Of a stretch of 64,000 nucleotides of DNA, positions 51,679 to 61,432 are shown piece after piece. Within the stretch, counting starts at the first letter, position 1, and every line of letters starts with the position of its first letter. The notes beneath the pieces are model-generated. The model ran no database searches and was not told where the DNA came from. It saw only the letters and a list, made by a program, of their open reading frames with translations. A program made the position numbers and the translations under genes. Origin of the DNA: Planctomycetota bacterium (GTDB lineage Bacteria; Planctomycetota; UBA1135; UBA2386); the NCBI GenBank assembly GCA_965223545.1, contig OZ245006.1, forward strand, positions 1,984,001-2,048,000, given 5' to 3'.

Positions 51679-53849
51679 TGCGCTGGTTGCCTGCGGCGCT
51701 GCTCTGCGCCGTCGCGCTGCCGTTCCACGCACACTGGATCGATTTCGAGGCGAGCCGGCGCGCCACCCTGCTGCTGGCGATGTTACCACTGGCGCTGACC
51801 GCGCGGCGCTGGCTGCGGCCACCACCGGCGGCGTTGTGGTGGACCGGCGCCCTCGTCGTGTGGGCCGCGGTGCGCACGTTCGACGCAACCAATCCCGGCT
51901 TCGGCCTCGACCGCACAGCGCACTTGACCGCGTTGTTCGCGCTGGCCTGCTGGAGCGCGGGCGTCCCGTTGCAGCGCTGGCTGTGGGCGGCGTTGCCGGT
52001 CACCCTGGCGGTGAGTGCGTGGGGGCTGCTGCAAGCGGCCGGCGTCACCCAAGGGGTGCACACGCTGCTGCTGCCCCTGCACCGCGCCGCCGGCGAAGGC
52101 AGCTGGACGCTCGCGCTGCGCGGACTGCTGGAGAGCGGCTCGCCAAGGGACCCGGTGAGCACGCTCGGCAACCTCAACGTCGCCGCCGAGGTCGTCGCGG
52201 TCGGCGGAGCCGCGGCGATCACCCTGCTGACCACCGGCGACGCGCACCGCCGCACCGCGTGGACCACGCTGGCGCTCGCCGCCGCCTACCTCGTCGTCAA
52301 CGGTTCGCGTTCGGGCTGGGTCGCCCTCCCGCTGGCCGCGGTCGCCGGGCTGGCTGCCCGGGGCGTCGGCCGCCAACGCCGCGCCCTGGTGCTCGCCGCG
52401 CTGCTGGCCGGCGCCGGCTGCGGCGGGCTCGCGGCGGTCCTCGCCACCCCCGCGCCCGAGCCAACCACGGGCGGCACGGCCACCGACGCGCCGGGCGACG
52501 CCCCCCGCCCATCGACCGTGCGGGTGCGCATCGAGCTGTGGCGCGGCACGGCACAGATGATCGCCGAGCACCCCCTCGCCGGAGTCGGCTGCGGCCAGTG
52601 GCCGGTGCACTACCCGCGCTACCGCTCGCAGCAGGAGATCGAGCTGTCCACGTTCGAACGCGCGTTTGCCTCGCGGCCGCAGACCGCACACAACGACTAC
52701 CTCGAGCTCACCGCCGAGACCGGGGCCGTGGGTGCCGTTCTCGGTCTGGCTTCGATCATCGCTCTCGGCTTGGCCATTCGGCGGCGCGGCTTGGCCGCCG
52801 GCGCGGTCCTGATCGCGTTCGGAGCCCTGATGGCAGTGCGCTCCCCCTTGGGCAATGCACCGGCGGCCGCGCTGGCGGCCGGCTGCGCGGGCGCCCTGTG
52901 CGGCGCGGGCATCCGACCGCGCGCGGGCACGCCCCCAGGGGGCTGGCTGTGGCTGCCGGCGGCCGTGCTGGGGGTGGGGCTCGCCATCTTCGGCGCGTGG
53001 CGACTGGCCGCCCACTGCCCAGCGGCGACCTCCATCCGCGACCGCGCCGTCGACCCGGCCGCGGCGGCCGCGCAGCTCGACGCGGCGATCGCCCGCCATC
53101 CCGATGACCCGAGCTTGCGCGCCCTGCGCACACCGTGGCCGCCGCGGCCGTCCGCCGGCGACGCCCGGACCAGCGCCGCCGTCACCGACGATCTCGAGGC
53201 GATGGCCCGCCTCGATCCCTACGCGCCAACGACCCTGCGCACCCGCGCGCTCTACGCCAACCTGCGCGGCGACGCCGAGACCGGGCTCGCACTCCTGCGG
53301 CAAGCGCTCGCCGCCGATCCCGGCGATCCCGAATCGCGCGTGGCGCTGGCCGCGCTGCAGCTGGTCACCGGCCGCACCGCGGCGGTGGTGGACACGCTGT
53401 TCGAGGACCCGCATCCCCGCTTGCGCGCGTCGCTGGCCACGCGCTTCGCCGAGCTGGCACAGACCGCGGAAGACCTCGCGGCGGCGCGGGCGGACGCCGC
53501 CGATCGAGAGGGCGCCCAAGGCTACCGCGCGGCGGCATTGCTGTACGCGGAGGAAGCGCTGCGCATCCGCGGCGCCGATGCGTTGCCGGACGATCCATCG
53601 ACCGCCGACCGCTACGCCAAGGAGCTGCAGGAGCTGCAGAACCGGCTCGTTGCCCCGGACATGTCGCCCTTGATCCTGTACGCCGCCGCCGCACTGCAGC
53701 GCGGTGCCCCCGCCGAGGCCGCGGTGTACGGCCGGCGCGCGGCCGGCCTGCCGCTGGCGGAGCGCCACCGCCGGCTGCTCGCCCCATTGCTGCGCTCGCT
53801 GGCCGAGGTCGAAGGCTGGCGCGACCTGCAGCTTCAGCCGACGCGGTAG
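51678..53849 (+). CDS. O-antigen ligase-like membrane protein with TPR-like C-terminus
   Basis: STLGNLN, GSRSGW, RIELWRGT...HPLAGVGCG and AHNDYLE motifs. Confidence 0.82.
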   Translation: MRWLPAALLCAVALPFHAHWIDFEASRRATLLLAMLPLALTARRWLRPPPAALWWTGALVVWAAVRTFDATNPGFGLDRTAHLTALFALACWSAGVPLQRWLWAALPVTLAVSAWGLLQAAGVTQGVHTLLLPLHRAAGEGSWTLALRGLLESGSPRDPVSTLGNLNVAAEVVAVGGAAAITLLTTGDAHRRTAWTTLALAAAYLVVNGSRSGWVALPLAAVAGLAARGVGRQRRALVLAALLAGAGCGGLAAVLATPAPEPTTGGTATDAPGDAPRPSTVRVRIELWRGTAQMIAEHPLAGVGCGQWPVHYPRYRSQQEIELSTFERAFASRPQTAHNDYLELTAETGAVGAVLGLASIIALGLAIRRRGLAAGAVLIAFGALMAVRSPLGNAPAAALAAGCAGALCGAGIRPRAGTPPGGWLWLPAAVLGVGLAIFGAWRLAAHCPAATSIRDRAVDPAAAAAQLDAAIARHPDDPSLRALRTPWPPRPSAGDARTSAAVTDDLEAMARLDPYAPTTLRTRALYANLRGDAETGLALLRQALAADPGDPESRVALAALQLVTGRTAAVVDTLFEDPHPRLRASLATRFAELAQTAEDLAAARADAADREGAQGYRAAALLYAEEALRIRGADALPDDPSTADRYAKELQELQNRLVAPDMSPLILYAAAALQRGAPAEAAVYGRRAAGLPLAERHRRLLAPLLRSLAEVEGWRDLQLQPTR

Positions 53850-53865
53850 GGCCGGGCGCCGACCG

Positions 53866-54987
53866 TCAGCCGTCGCCGGTCAGCTGCTGTAGCGTCGCGC
53901 CGATGCGCGCCGGATCGAGGAGCACATTGCCGCGCAGCCGGGTCCCCGCCTCGAGGTCGGCGATGCATACACCGTCGACCACGCGCACCTCGTCGGTCCA
54001 GAACACGATGCGATCACCGAACGGGTTGCGCAGCCGCAATCGCATCGGCTCGGGAGCGATCACCGCCACGCTCTCCACCACGCCGCCGATCCGGCGCGCC
54101 GAGACCAGGTGGCGCCCGCTGGTGCGTAGATGCGTGAACGCGACGTCGCCGAACGGCGCGGACGTCTGCGGAAACACCTCGAGCACGCCGTCGACTTCGC
54201 GCAACAGCGCCGCCTCGACCGCGTCCGCATCCACCACCTTCGCCTCACCACCGACGACCGCCTCGACGGCGTCGGCCGCGCCGACGGCGCGCAGATAGCG
54301 CGCGCGGTCGTAGCCCACCTGCTGGTCGGGGTCGGCGAAGTCGATCCGCGACCGGCCCCAATAGCGGGCCCATTGCGCGCGCTGGCGCTCGGCCAAGACC
54401 TCGTGCTCCTCTGCCAGAGCGCGTTCCGCCGCCGCCCGCGCCGCGGTGACCGCGGCCGCGCGGTCACTGGCTTCGAAACCGACCGCGACGCGGAGCCCGT
54501 CCGCGGTGGTCGCCCAAACAGCGGCCGCGGTGACCGCACGTTCGCCGTCGGTGATCGACAGCACGCAGCGCTCGTCTTCCGCCACCGCCTCGCGCGAACC
54601 GGCGCGCAGCCCGACCGCCGGTGCGCAGTCCGCGGCGCGCACCACCAGCACCGGCGCGTCCAGGGCGGCGAAGACTTCGATCGAGCCGCTCGCGGTGTGC
54701 ACGCGGGCGATCGCAGACGCCAACTCCAGCCGCAGCCCACCCGTCGATTGCAGCGCGCCGAGCCGGACGTCGACCGGCGCACCGCCGTCGGGCTGCCATC
54801 GCACGGTGACCCCATCGCGCTCACAGCGCAACACGCCGTGGCCCCACGGGCTGCCCAGCACGACCCCGTCGTCCGGGCCGGGCTCCTCGAACTCGACGTC
54901 CGAGCTCGGCGAAGGCGGAGCGACCAGGGGCAGAGCCTGCCGGCAAGAAGCCGCCATGGCTGCCAACAACGCGAGGACGATCGGCAT
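53866..54987 (-). CDS. Putative lipoprotein with GH95-like flanking segments
   Basis: Lipobox AASC, WARYWGRSRIDFAD, and C-terminal VLEVFP...VAFTHLRTSG...LRLRNPFG. Confidence 0.55.
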   Translation of the reverse strand: MPIVLALLAAMAASCRQALPLVAPPSPSSDVEFEEPGPDDGVVLGSPWGHGVLRCERDGVTVRWQPDGGAPVDVRLGALQSTGGLRLELASAIARVHTASGSIEVFAALDAPVLVVRAADCAPAVGLRAGSREAVAEDERCVLSITDGERAVTAAAVWATTADGLRVAVGFEASDRAAAVTAARAAAERALAEEHEVLAERQRAQWARYWGRSRIDFADPDQQVGYDRARYLRAVGAADAVEAVVGGEAKVVDADAVEAALLREVDGVLEVFPQTSAPFGDVAFTHLRTSGRHLVSARRIGGVVESVAVIAPEPMRLRLRNPFGDRIVFWTDEVRVVDGVCIADLEAGTRLRGNVLLDPARIGATLQQLTGDG

Positions 54988-55019
54988 GCGGCTTCGCACT
55001 CGCCCAGATTGGCCGTGCC

Positions 55020-55964
55020 TCACCGCCCACCCCCCACGCTCTCCGGCAGCTCGACGCGGCATTCTTCGAGCACGGTCTCGAGGGCGGGTCGACCGGCGAC
55101 CAGGGCGTGGTCTGCCGGCAGCAGCGCGTCGACGGTCTCGGTCAGCCGGTGCGCGCACAGCGCCACGCCCAGCTTGGTCGCGTGCAGCCCATCCGACTGC
55201 AGGAGCATCTCCTCCTCCAGCTGCAGCTGCTCCCCGGCCACCTCGACGGGGTAGCCCTCGGCCTTGACCTGCGCCACCCAACGGGCCAGCGAAAACACGG
55301 AGACCCGGGGGCGCTCTGCCGCCCACTCGGCGAGCTGCGCGTTGAGCGCGGCCAGCGCATCGGGGGAGGGAATCTGCGCCCGCGATAACATCCGCGCGTC
55401 GGCGCCGGTCATGTCGGGGTAGTCGCCGACGACGATCGGACACTCGAACTCGTCCAGCATCGCCAGCCCCTGACGCTGCAGCGCCAGGCGCTCCCGCTGT
55501 CGATCCTGGGGCGTCGCACCCCGCACCGCCCCGTAGCCGAACCAGAACAGGAAATCGACCGCCATGACCAGCTCGGGAGTCCGCCGCGCGGCGCGCTTGA
55601 CGGCGACCCGGGCGTGCTTCAGCGGGTTCATGAACAACAGACTGCTGCTGCAGTCGCGCAACTTTGCCGCCGGCCAAAACGCGGCCAACGCCACGCCCAA
55701 GCGCATGGTCCGGTTGCGATCGGCGTCGCCAAAGGGCGTGGTGAAGCCGTTGCTCAGACTCGCCCCCAGGATGGCCACCTCCGACGGCACGGGCGGTTCG
55801 GCGCCCGGCGCCTCCGACCGCTGGGCGACTCCCGCGCCCGCACAAGCCAAGATCGCGACGAAGCCGGCGGCCGCCCGCAGCGAAACTGCAGCCCGACGGC
55901 CCGGATGCCGATGCTTCCTCTGGTGCGCAACCGGCGCTTTTCCGTCACGGCAGCCCTCGAGCAT
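55020..55964 (-). CDS. Exported SGNH/GDSL-like hydrolase (start uncertain)
   Basis: ILGASLSNG (block I-like), VDFLFWFGY and QSDGLH (block V). Confidence 0.65.
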   Translation of the reverse strand: MLEGCRDGKAPVAHQRKHRHPGRRAAVSLRAAAGFVAILACAGAGVAQRSEAPGAEPPVPSEVAILGASLSNGFTTPFGDADRNRTMRLGVALAAFWPAAKLRDCSSSLLFMNPLKHARVAVKRAARRTPELVMAVDFLFWFGYGAVRGATPQDRQRERLALQRQGLAMLDEFECPIVVGDYPDMTGADARMLSRAQIPSPDALAALNAQLAEWAAERPRVSVFSLARWVAQVKAEGYPVEVAGEQLQLEEEMLLQSDGLHATKLGVALCAHRLTETVDALLPADHALVAGRPALETVLEECRVELPESVGGGR

Positions 55965-56181
55965 CGTCGGCAGACCGCCGATCGGGCGGCGGGTGGGCAC
56001 CGCGTCGGACCCCGCGAGGGCACCGGCGGGCGGCCTCGTGGAGAGCCCTGATGCGGCTCCTCGAATCGTCCGTAACTTCATTGACAAGAGCAGTTTAACA
56101 AAACAACGAATGGCCGGTGTCCGGGCTTCCGCGGGCGGTAGACTCTTCCACACACCTCGTTCCCTGGGCGACGGTTCCGTT

Positions 56182-56204
56182 CTTGCACGGCGCACTCGTG
56201 CAAG
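56182..56204. promoter_or_regulatory. Perfect 8-bp inverted repeat (possible operator) in a divergent intergenic region
   Basis: CTTGCACG-N7-CGTGCAAG, near an AT-rich tract containing TTGACA at 56081. Confidence 0.35.
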
Positions 56205-56258
56205 CCACCCCGCCTCAGTGAAATTGCACCGGGGCCCTGCAACCTGGACGGAATCAGC

Positions 56259-57677
56259 ATGAGCAAACACGTCGTCATCCTCGGGGGGGGACTCGCCGGG
56301 CTGTCGTGCGGCTACGAGCTCGCGACGCGCGGTCACCGAGTCACCATCCTCGAACGCGAACCGCACGTCGGCGGTATGGCGTCGTCCTTCATCGAGGACG
56401 GGGACGAGTACTGGTGCTACGACTTCGGACCGCACCGCTTCCACAGCCGCGACGAGAATCTGATCGCACACGTGCGTGAGATTCTCGGCGACAACATCGT
56501 CAACGCCAAGCGGCTGTCCCGCATCGTGCTGTTCAACAAGTTCTTCGACTACCCGCTGGTGGCGAAGAACGTCGTGCGGGAGATGCCGCGCGGCCTGCTG
56601 CTGCGCGCCTTCTACGACTACGCCAAGGTGCGGACTCAGGAGACGCTGGGCATCTCCAAGCACTCCGACGACAACTTCGAGGGCTGGGTCACGCGCCGGT
56701 TCGGCAAGACGTTGTACGAGGTGTTCTTCGGCCAGTACACCGAAAAGGCGTGGGGCATGCCGCCGAAGGAGATCTCCTCCGACTGGGCCAGCCAGCGGAT
56801 CTCGCTGCTCAGCCTCTGGGACACGGTGAAGAAAACGCTGTTCCCCAACAAGAAGAACACGCCGCGCACCCTGGTCACCGACTTCATCTACCCCAAGTAC
56901 GGCGGCATCGGCGAGCTGGCGCGCGGCTACGCGCGGCGTATCGAGGAGCTCGGCGGTGAGATCCTGGTCAACGCGCCGGCGATCAAGGTCTATCGCGACG
57001 GGATGCGGGTCACCGGCATCCAGTACGGCAAGCACAAGCGCATCGACATCGAGGCGGACGAGTACGTCACCACGATCCCGATCACCTCGCTGGCCAGGGC
57101 AGTCGCCCCGGCCGCGCCGCAGGAAGTGCTGACCGCAGTCAACGCCCTGCAGTACATCTCGATCGTGTTCGTCTACCTCAAGCTCGACCGGCCCAGCGTC
57201 AGCCCCGACTCGTGGGTCTACCTGCCGGAGAAGCACTTGACGGTGCACCGGATCTCGGAGTTCCGCAACTTCAGTCCGCACTGCGCGCCCGAGGGCAAGA
57301 CCATGGTCTGCGCCGAGATCACCTGCCGGCGCGGCGACGCGATCTGGCGGGCCAGCACCGAAGAGCTGACCGCCACCGCCGAGCGCGACCTGGTGGACAT
57401 CGGCCTGATCGAGCCGGGCCAGGTGATCGGCACCGTGATCAAGAAGATTCCGTACGCCTACCCGGTGTACGATCTGCAGTACAAGCAGCACCTGGCGCCG
57501 ATCATGGACTTCGTCAACGGCCTGCAGGACATCCACACCACCGGCCGTCAGGGCAACTTCCGCTACAACAACATGGACCAGTCCGTCGAGATGGGCCGCA
57601 AGGTCGGCATCGAGCTGGCGACGGGCGACGCCACCGGTCACGAGGCCGTGGCGACTGGATCGGAGTACTTCGGGTGA
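56259..57677 (+). CDS. FAD-dependent oxidoreductase (HemY/UDP-galactopyranose mutase-like, polysaccharide-locus type)
   Basis: VILGGGLAGL, DFGPHRF, YTEKAWG, AYPVY and GRQGNFRYNNMD motifs. Confidence 0.85.
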   Translation: MSKHVVILGGGLAGLSCGYELATRGHRVTILEREPHVGGMASSFIEDGDEYWCYDFGPHRFHSRDENLIAHVREILGDNIVNAKRLSRIVLFNKFFDYPLVAKNVVREMPRGLLLRAFYDYAKVRTQETLGISKHSDDNFEGWVTRRFGKTLYEVFFGQYTEKAWGMPPKEISSDWASQRISLLSLWDTVKKTLFPNKKNTPRTLVTDFIYPKYGGIGELARGYARRIEELGGEILVNAPAIKVYRDGMRVTGIQYGKHKRIDIEADEYVTTIPITSLARAVAPAAPQEVLTAVNALQYISIVFVYLKLDRPSVSPDSWVYLPEKHLTVHRISEFRNFSPHCAPEGKTMVCAEITCRRGDAIWRASTEELTATAERDLVDIGLIEPGQVIGTVIKKIPYAYPVYDLQYKQHLAPIMDFVNGLQDIHTTGRQGNFRYNNMDQSVEMGRKVGIELATGDATGHEAVATGSEYFG

Positions 57678-58615
57678 ACCCCGCGGACCTGGTCGAGGTC
57701 TCCACCTGCCAGGTTTGTGGTTCGGGTCGGAGCGAGCTCAAGTTCGAGGAGGCTCCGTTCTCGGTGCGGCGCTGTGTGGATTGCGGCTTGGTCTTCGTCT
57801 CGCCGCGGCTGACCGCCGAGGCCCTGCACCGCGACGTCTACAGCGAGCAGTACTGGCGCAGCGACCGGCCGCGCGAGCACGGCTACGCCGACTACGCCAA
57901 GGATGAGCCGCTCTACCTCAAGACGTTTCGGCGGCGGCGCGGGTTGGTCGCGCGCCACTGCCCCGAGCCGGGGCGCGTGCTCGACATCGGCTGCGCCGCG
58001 GGCTACTTCCTGCGGGTGATGCAGGCAGAGGGATGGGACGTGCTCGGCGTCGAGCCGTCGCCGATCGCCGAGCGCGCCGCGTCGCATCTCGGCCAGGATC
58101 GGGTTTGGCACGGAACGCTCGACAGCGCCCCCGCCGACCGCTGCCCGCCGGGCAGCTTCGACCTGGTCACCATGTGGGACGTGATCGAGCACGTGCCCGA
58201 CCCACAACAGCTGCTGCGCGAGGCCAAGTCGATGCTCGCGCCGGGCGGCACGCTGATCCTGGAGACGCAGAACGTCGACAGCCGGTTCGCGAGCATGCTC
58301 GGCAAGCGCTGGCACCACTACAAGCACCGCGAGCACCTGTACCACTTCAACCCGGACACCGTGCAGCGACTGCTCGGGCAAAGCGGCTTCGAGGTCGTCG
58401 ACAACAGCGCGGCCTTCGGCGGCAAGTACGTGTCCTTCGCCTTCATCGCCGAACGCGCCGCGCGCCTGCACGGCGCGGTCAGCTTCTTGTTGAAGCCCCT
58501 GGCCTTGCTCAAGAGCGCCAACGTCTACGTCAACCTTCGCGACGAGATGGTGGTCGTGGCCCGCCCCGTAGCCGAGCGCACGCCCGACCCCGCCCCCGTC
58601 GCCATCCCCACCTAG
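57674..58615 (+). CDS. Class I SAM-dependent methyltransferase with Zn-ribbon N-terminus
   Basis: CQVC...CVDCG, VLDIGCAAG, WDVIEH and EHLYHF motifs. Confidence 0.88.
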   Translation: MNPADLVEVSTCQVCGSGRSELKFEEAPFSVRRCVDCGLVFVSPRLTAEALHRDVYSEQYWRSDRPREHGYADYAKDEPLYLKTFRRRRGLVARHCPEPGRVLDIGCAAGYFLRVMQAEGWDVLGVEPSPIAERAASHLGQDRVWHGTLDSAPADRCPPGSFDLVTMWDVIEHVPDPQQLLREAKSMLAPGGTLILETQNVDSRFASMLGKRWHHYKHREHLYHFNPDTVQRLLGQSGFEVVDNSAAFGGKYVSFAFIAERAARLHGAVSFLLKPLALLKSANVYVNLRDEMVVVARPVAERTPDPAPVAIPT

Positions 58616-58623
58616 CACGACAC

Positions 58624-59388
58624 TTGGAAGCCCACGTCTACGACCAGTTCGCGGAGCTGGAGAAGTCCCACTTCTGGTTCCACGGCCGCCGCCAGATCTT
58701 CTTCGACCTCTTGCGCCGCAGCCTGCGGCGCGCCGGCTACCGGCCTGGCCAGGACCTGCAGGTCCTGGAGATCGGCTGTGGCGCCGGCGGAATGCTCGAG
58801 CCGCTGAGCGAGTTCGGCACGGTGACGGCAATGGACTTCTCGCCCGAGGCGATGGCGTACTGTCGCTCGCGCGGCTTCCCGCGCGTCGCCGCCGGCTCCG
58901 GCACCGATCTTCCGTTCCCCGACAACAGCTTCGACATCGTCGCGCTGTTCGACGTGATCGAGCACATCGAGGACGACCAACGCGTGCTGAGCGAAGCGAA
59001 CCGCGTGCTCAAGCCCGGCGGCAAGGTGTTCGTCTCGGTGCCGGCGTACCAGGCGCTCTACTCGCAAAACGACCGCGTCGTGCATCACCTGCGCCGCTAC
59101 ACCGCCACCGGCCTACGGCGCGTCGTCGACGGCGCCGGCCTGCGCACCGAGAAGCTGACCTACTTCAACACGCTGCTGTTTCCACTGATCCTGGCCGCGG
59201 TCTGCATGCTGAAGCTCAAGGAGCGCCTCTTCGGCCTGGACGAGGGCCAGACCAACCTGCACCACCAGTTCAGCAAGCCGGTCAACGGCCTGTTCGGCTG
59301 GATCATGGGCGGCGAGCGCTGGATGCTGCGCCACATCGAGTTCCCCTTCGGCCACTCACTCATCGCGCTGGCCGGCGCACGCGACTGA
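58624..59388 (+). CDS. Class I SAM-dependent methyltransferase
   Basis: HFWFHGRR, VLEIGCGAG, FDVIEHIEDD and HHLRRY motifs. TTG start inferred. Confidence 0.88.
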   Translation: MEAHVYDQFAELEKSHFWFHGRRQIFFDLLRRSLRRAGYRPGQDLQVLEIGCGAGGMLEPLSEFGTVTAMDFSPEAMAYCRSRGFPRVAAGSGTDLPFPDNSFDIVALFDVIEHIEDDQRVLSEANRVLKPGGKVFVSVPAYQALYSQNDRVVHHLRRYTATGLRRVVDGAGLRTEKLTYFNTLLFPLILAAVCMLKLKERLFGLDEGQTNLHHQFSKPVNGLFGWIMGGERWMLRHIEFPFGHSLIALAGARD

Positions 59389-59392
59389 CCCG

Positions 59393-60037
59393 TCAGATCT
59401 TCCGCTCGCCGGAGTCTTCCGGGTCGCCCTCGAGGCGCTCGAGCTCCAAGCCGAGCTGAGCACGCGCCCGCATGAGGAGCATGCGGGTCGCGCCTTCGCT
59501 GCGTCCCATCCGCGCGGCGACCTCCGCATGCGGCAGCTCCTGCACCACGGCCAGCTCGATCACGGTGCTGTATGCCTCCGGCAGCTGCGCCAGCGCGGTG
59601 GCGAGCAACGCCCCCTCCTCGCGCGCCTGCGCCAGCCGAGACGGCGTGGTCACGTCGGGCTGGAGCTCTCGTGCCAGCCGGTTCCGCTCCGAAGTACGCT
59701 CGGGCTGAGCGCGCCGCGCCGCGGAGAACCAGCGGTGCTGGCGCAGGACTTCGCTGCGCACGATGGTGTTCGCCCAGGCGACCAGCTGGTTCACGTGTTC
59801 GCCCTCGAAGCTGGGCAACAACCGCACGACCTCGAGGTAGACGTTCTGGAGGATGTCCGAAGGTCGAACTTTGCCGCGCAACCATGGACCGAGCTGACGC
59901 TCGATCTCCAGCGTGAGCGGCTCCTCGATGCGGCCCAGGAGCCGGCCCAGCGCCTCCCGGTCTCCATCGCGTACCGCGACCAGCTCTGCCGCGATGTTCG
60001 GGGATTCTCCTGAGCTCGCCATGAAATCGGTGGCCAC
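59393..60037 (-). CDS. ECF RNA polymerase sigma factor (planctomycete kinase-associated type)
   Basis: GDREALGRL, PSDILQ, TTPSR and EVAARMGRSEGATRMLLMRA motifs. Confidence 0.85.
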   Translation of the reverse strand: MATDFMASSGESPNIAAELVAVRDGDREALGRLLGRIEEPLTLEIERQLGPWLRGKVRPSDILQNVYLEVVRLLPSFEGEHVNQLVAWANTIVRSEVLRQHRWFSAARRAQPERTSERNRLARELQPDVTTPSRLAQAREEGALLATALAQLPEAYSTVIELAVVQELPHAEVAARMGRSEGATRMLLMRARAQLGLELERLEGDPEDSGERKI

Positions 60038-60135
60038 TCGAGAACCGAGCGATGCCGGCGTGACAACACCACGCGTCCCGAACCTACCAGGCCACAGCCC
60101 AGTCCGTCGACCACGGTCGTTACCTTAACCCCGAG

Positions 60136-61368
60136 ATGATCATGCCCGATCAGCCGTCCCTCTCTACGTACCTCACATCTGCGATCCTTGCCGCTCTCTG
60201 CGTCGCGCCGCTCCACGCGCAGCCCCCCCTGCGTTCCGTCGAGTCACAGGCCTACTCCGAACAACTGGCGACGACCGCTTTGTTCAGCCGTGCCAAGAAG
60301 GAAGATCCGGCATGGATCGCTCTGAGGGTCAACCCCCAGGCAGGAGAGTGGATCGTGCTGCACACTCACGTCCAGCTCCGCGCCAACGACCAGACCCGAG
60401 ACATGGTGAACCTGATCGAGCTGCACCATCCGTGGTCGCGACCCGCGAACGACGGGAACTTCGGAGCGCTGATGTCGAACTTCAGCTCCAGCGACTGCGA
60501 TCACGACACCTCGCAGGACTCGATTCCGGTTCGCGTTCCATTCGCCGATCTCATTCGCGACATCAACGCCATCGTCGCCGATCCCACTTCGGTCGCCAGT
60601 GAGTGGATTTCCTACGCCAATGCGACTGGTGGCTTCGCCCATGTGACGGGTCTGTTCTGCTCTCCGCCACCCCCAAACTCCAGCGACCGAACCGTCGTCT
60701 GCAATGCAACGACGACGCAGCAAGCGGGCCTAACGCTCTACGACTCGCACTCCTGGGCCCGTGAGACGATCAAGTCGCAAGTCCAAGCTCACTCGTCGAC
60801 TTCGGACCAGGAAGCGAGCAACTGGGCCGACTACCTCGTCACCCATTTCCATTACGACATCCTCGTTCAGGCACTGCTCGTCTCGACGGAGTTCTCCCGG
60901 GAACCCAACGCACTCTCTGCGGGGCTGGGCGGGGATATCGGTACCACCGACAAGATCCGGATCGTCATCACCCCTCCGATCAAGATCTCGATGGGCGTCA
61001 AGTCGCAACATCCGCCCTGCGACTACCCACCCAGATCGCTACCGGTGCCCCCTGGCGCATCATCGACGCACCTCTGGGCCGCTTTTCGCAATGAGTACCT
61101 GGTTCTCGATTTCGAGTCCGACGTCAGCCAACTGACCCTCACGGCCTGGCTGCCCGACGATCAGGGGGTTTACTCCCCGGTACCCAGCGTCGTCGGCTAC
61201 CCAGGCCCGTGCAATCCGTATCGCGCCACGTTCGCCACTCCGCCCAACTTGGGCGCCGGAGTCGCGTTCATCACTGACCTGCAGAACAACGTGGTCTGGC
61301 CCCAGCATGCAATCGTCGACGGGCCGTACGTGGGCGGCGTATTGTTCGCGACCTACGACATTCCATAG
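60136..61368 (+). CDS. Secreted hypothetical protein
   Basis: Signal-like AILAALCVAPLHA-Q, 410 aa, less GC-biased codons than the core genes. Confidence 0.7.
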   Translation: MIMPDQPSLSTYLTSAILAALCVAPLHAQPPLRSVESQAYSEQLATTALFSRAKKEDPAWIALRVNPQAGEWIVLHTHVQLRANDQTRDMVNLIELHHPWSRPANDGNFGALMSNFSSSDCDHDTSQDSIPVRVPFADLIRDINAIVADPTSVASEWISYANATGGFAHVTGLFCSPPPPNSSDRTVVCNATTTQQAGLTLYDSHSWARETIKSQVQAHSSTSDQEASNWADYLVTHFHYDILVQALLVSTEFSREPNALSAGLGGDIGTTDKIRIVITPPIKISMGVKSQHPPCDYPPRSLPVPPGASSTHLWAAFRNEYLVLDFESDVSQLTLTAWLPDDQGVYSPVPSVVGYPGPCNPYRATFATPPNLGAGVAFITDLQNNVVWPQHAIVDGPYVGGVLFATYDIP

Positions 61369-61432
61369 TGAACGGTAGGATGAGCGCAGCGCGCGCATCG
61401 CGGCGCGAGCCCTCGCCTCCGTGACCGCGTCC

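Noticed and set aside
56182..56204. CIRCE element
   Set aside because: The arm sequence and spacing differ from TTAGCACTC-N9-GAGTGCTAA, and it is not upstream of chaperone genes.
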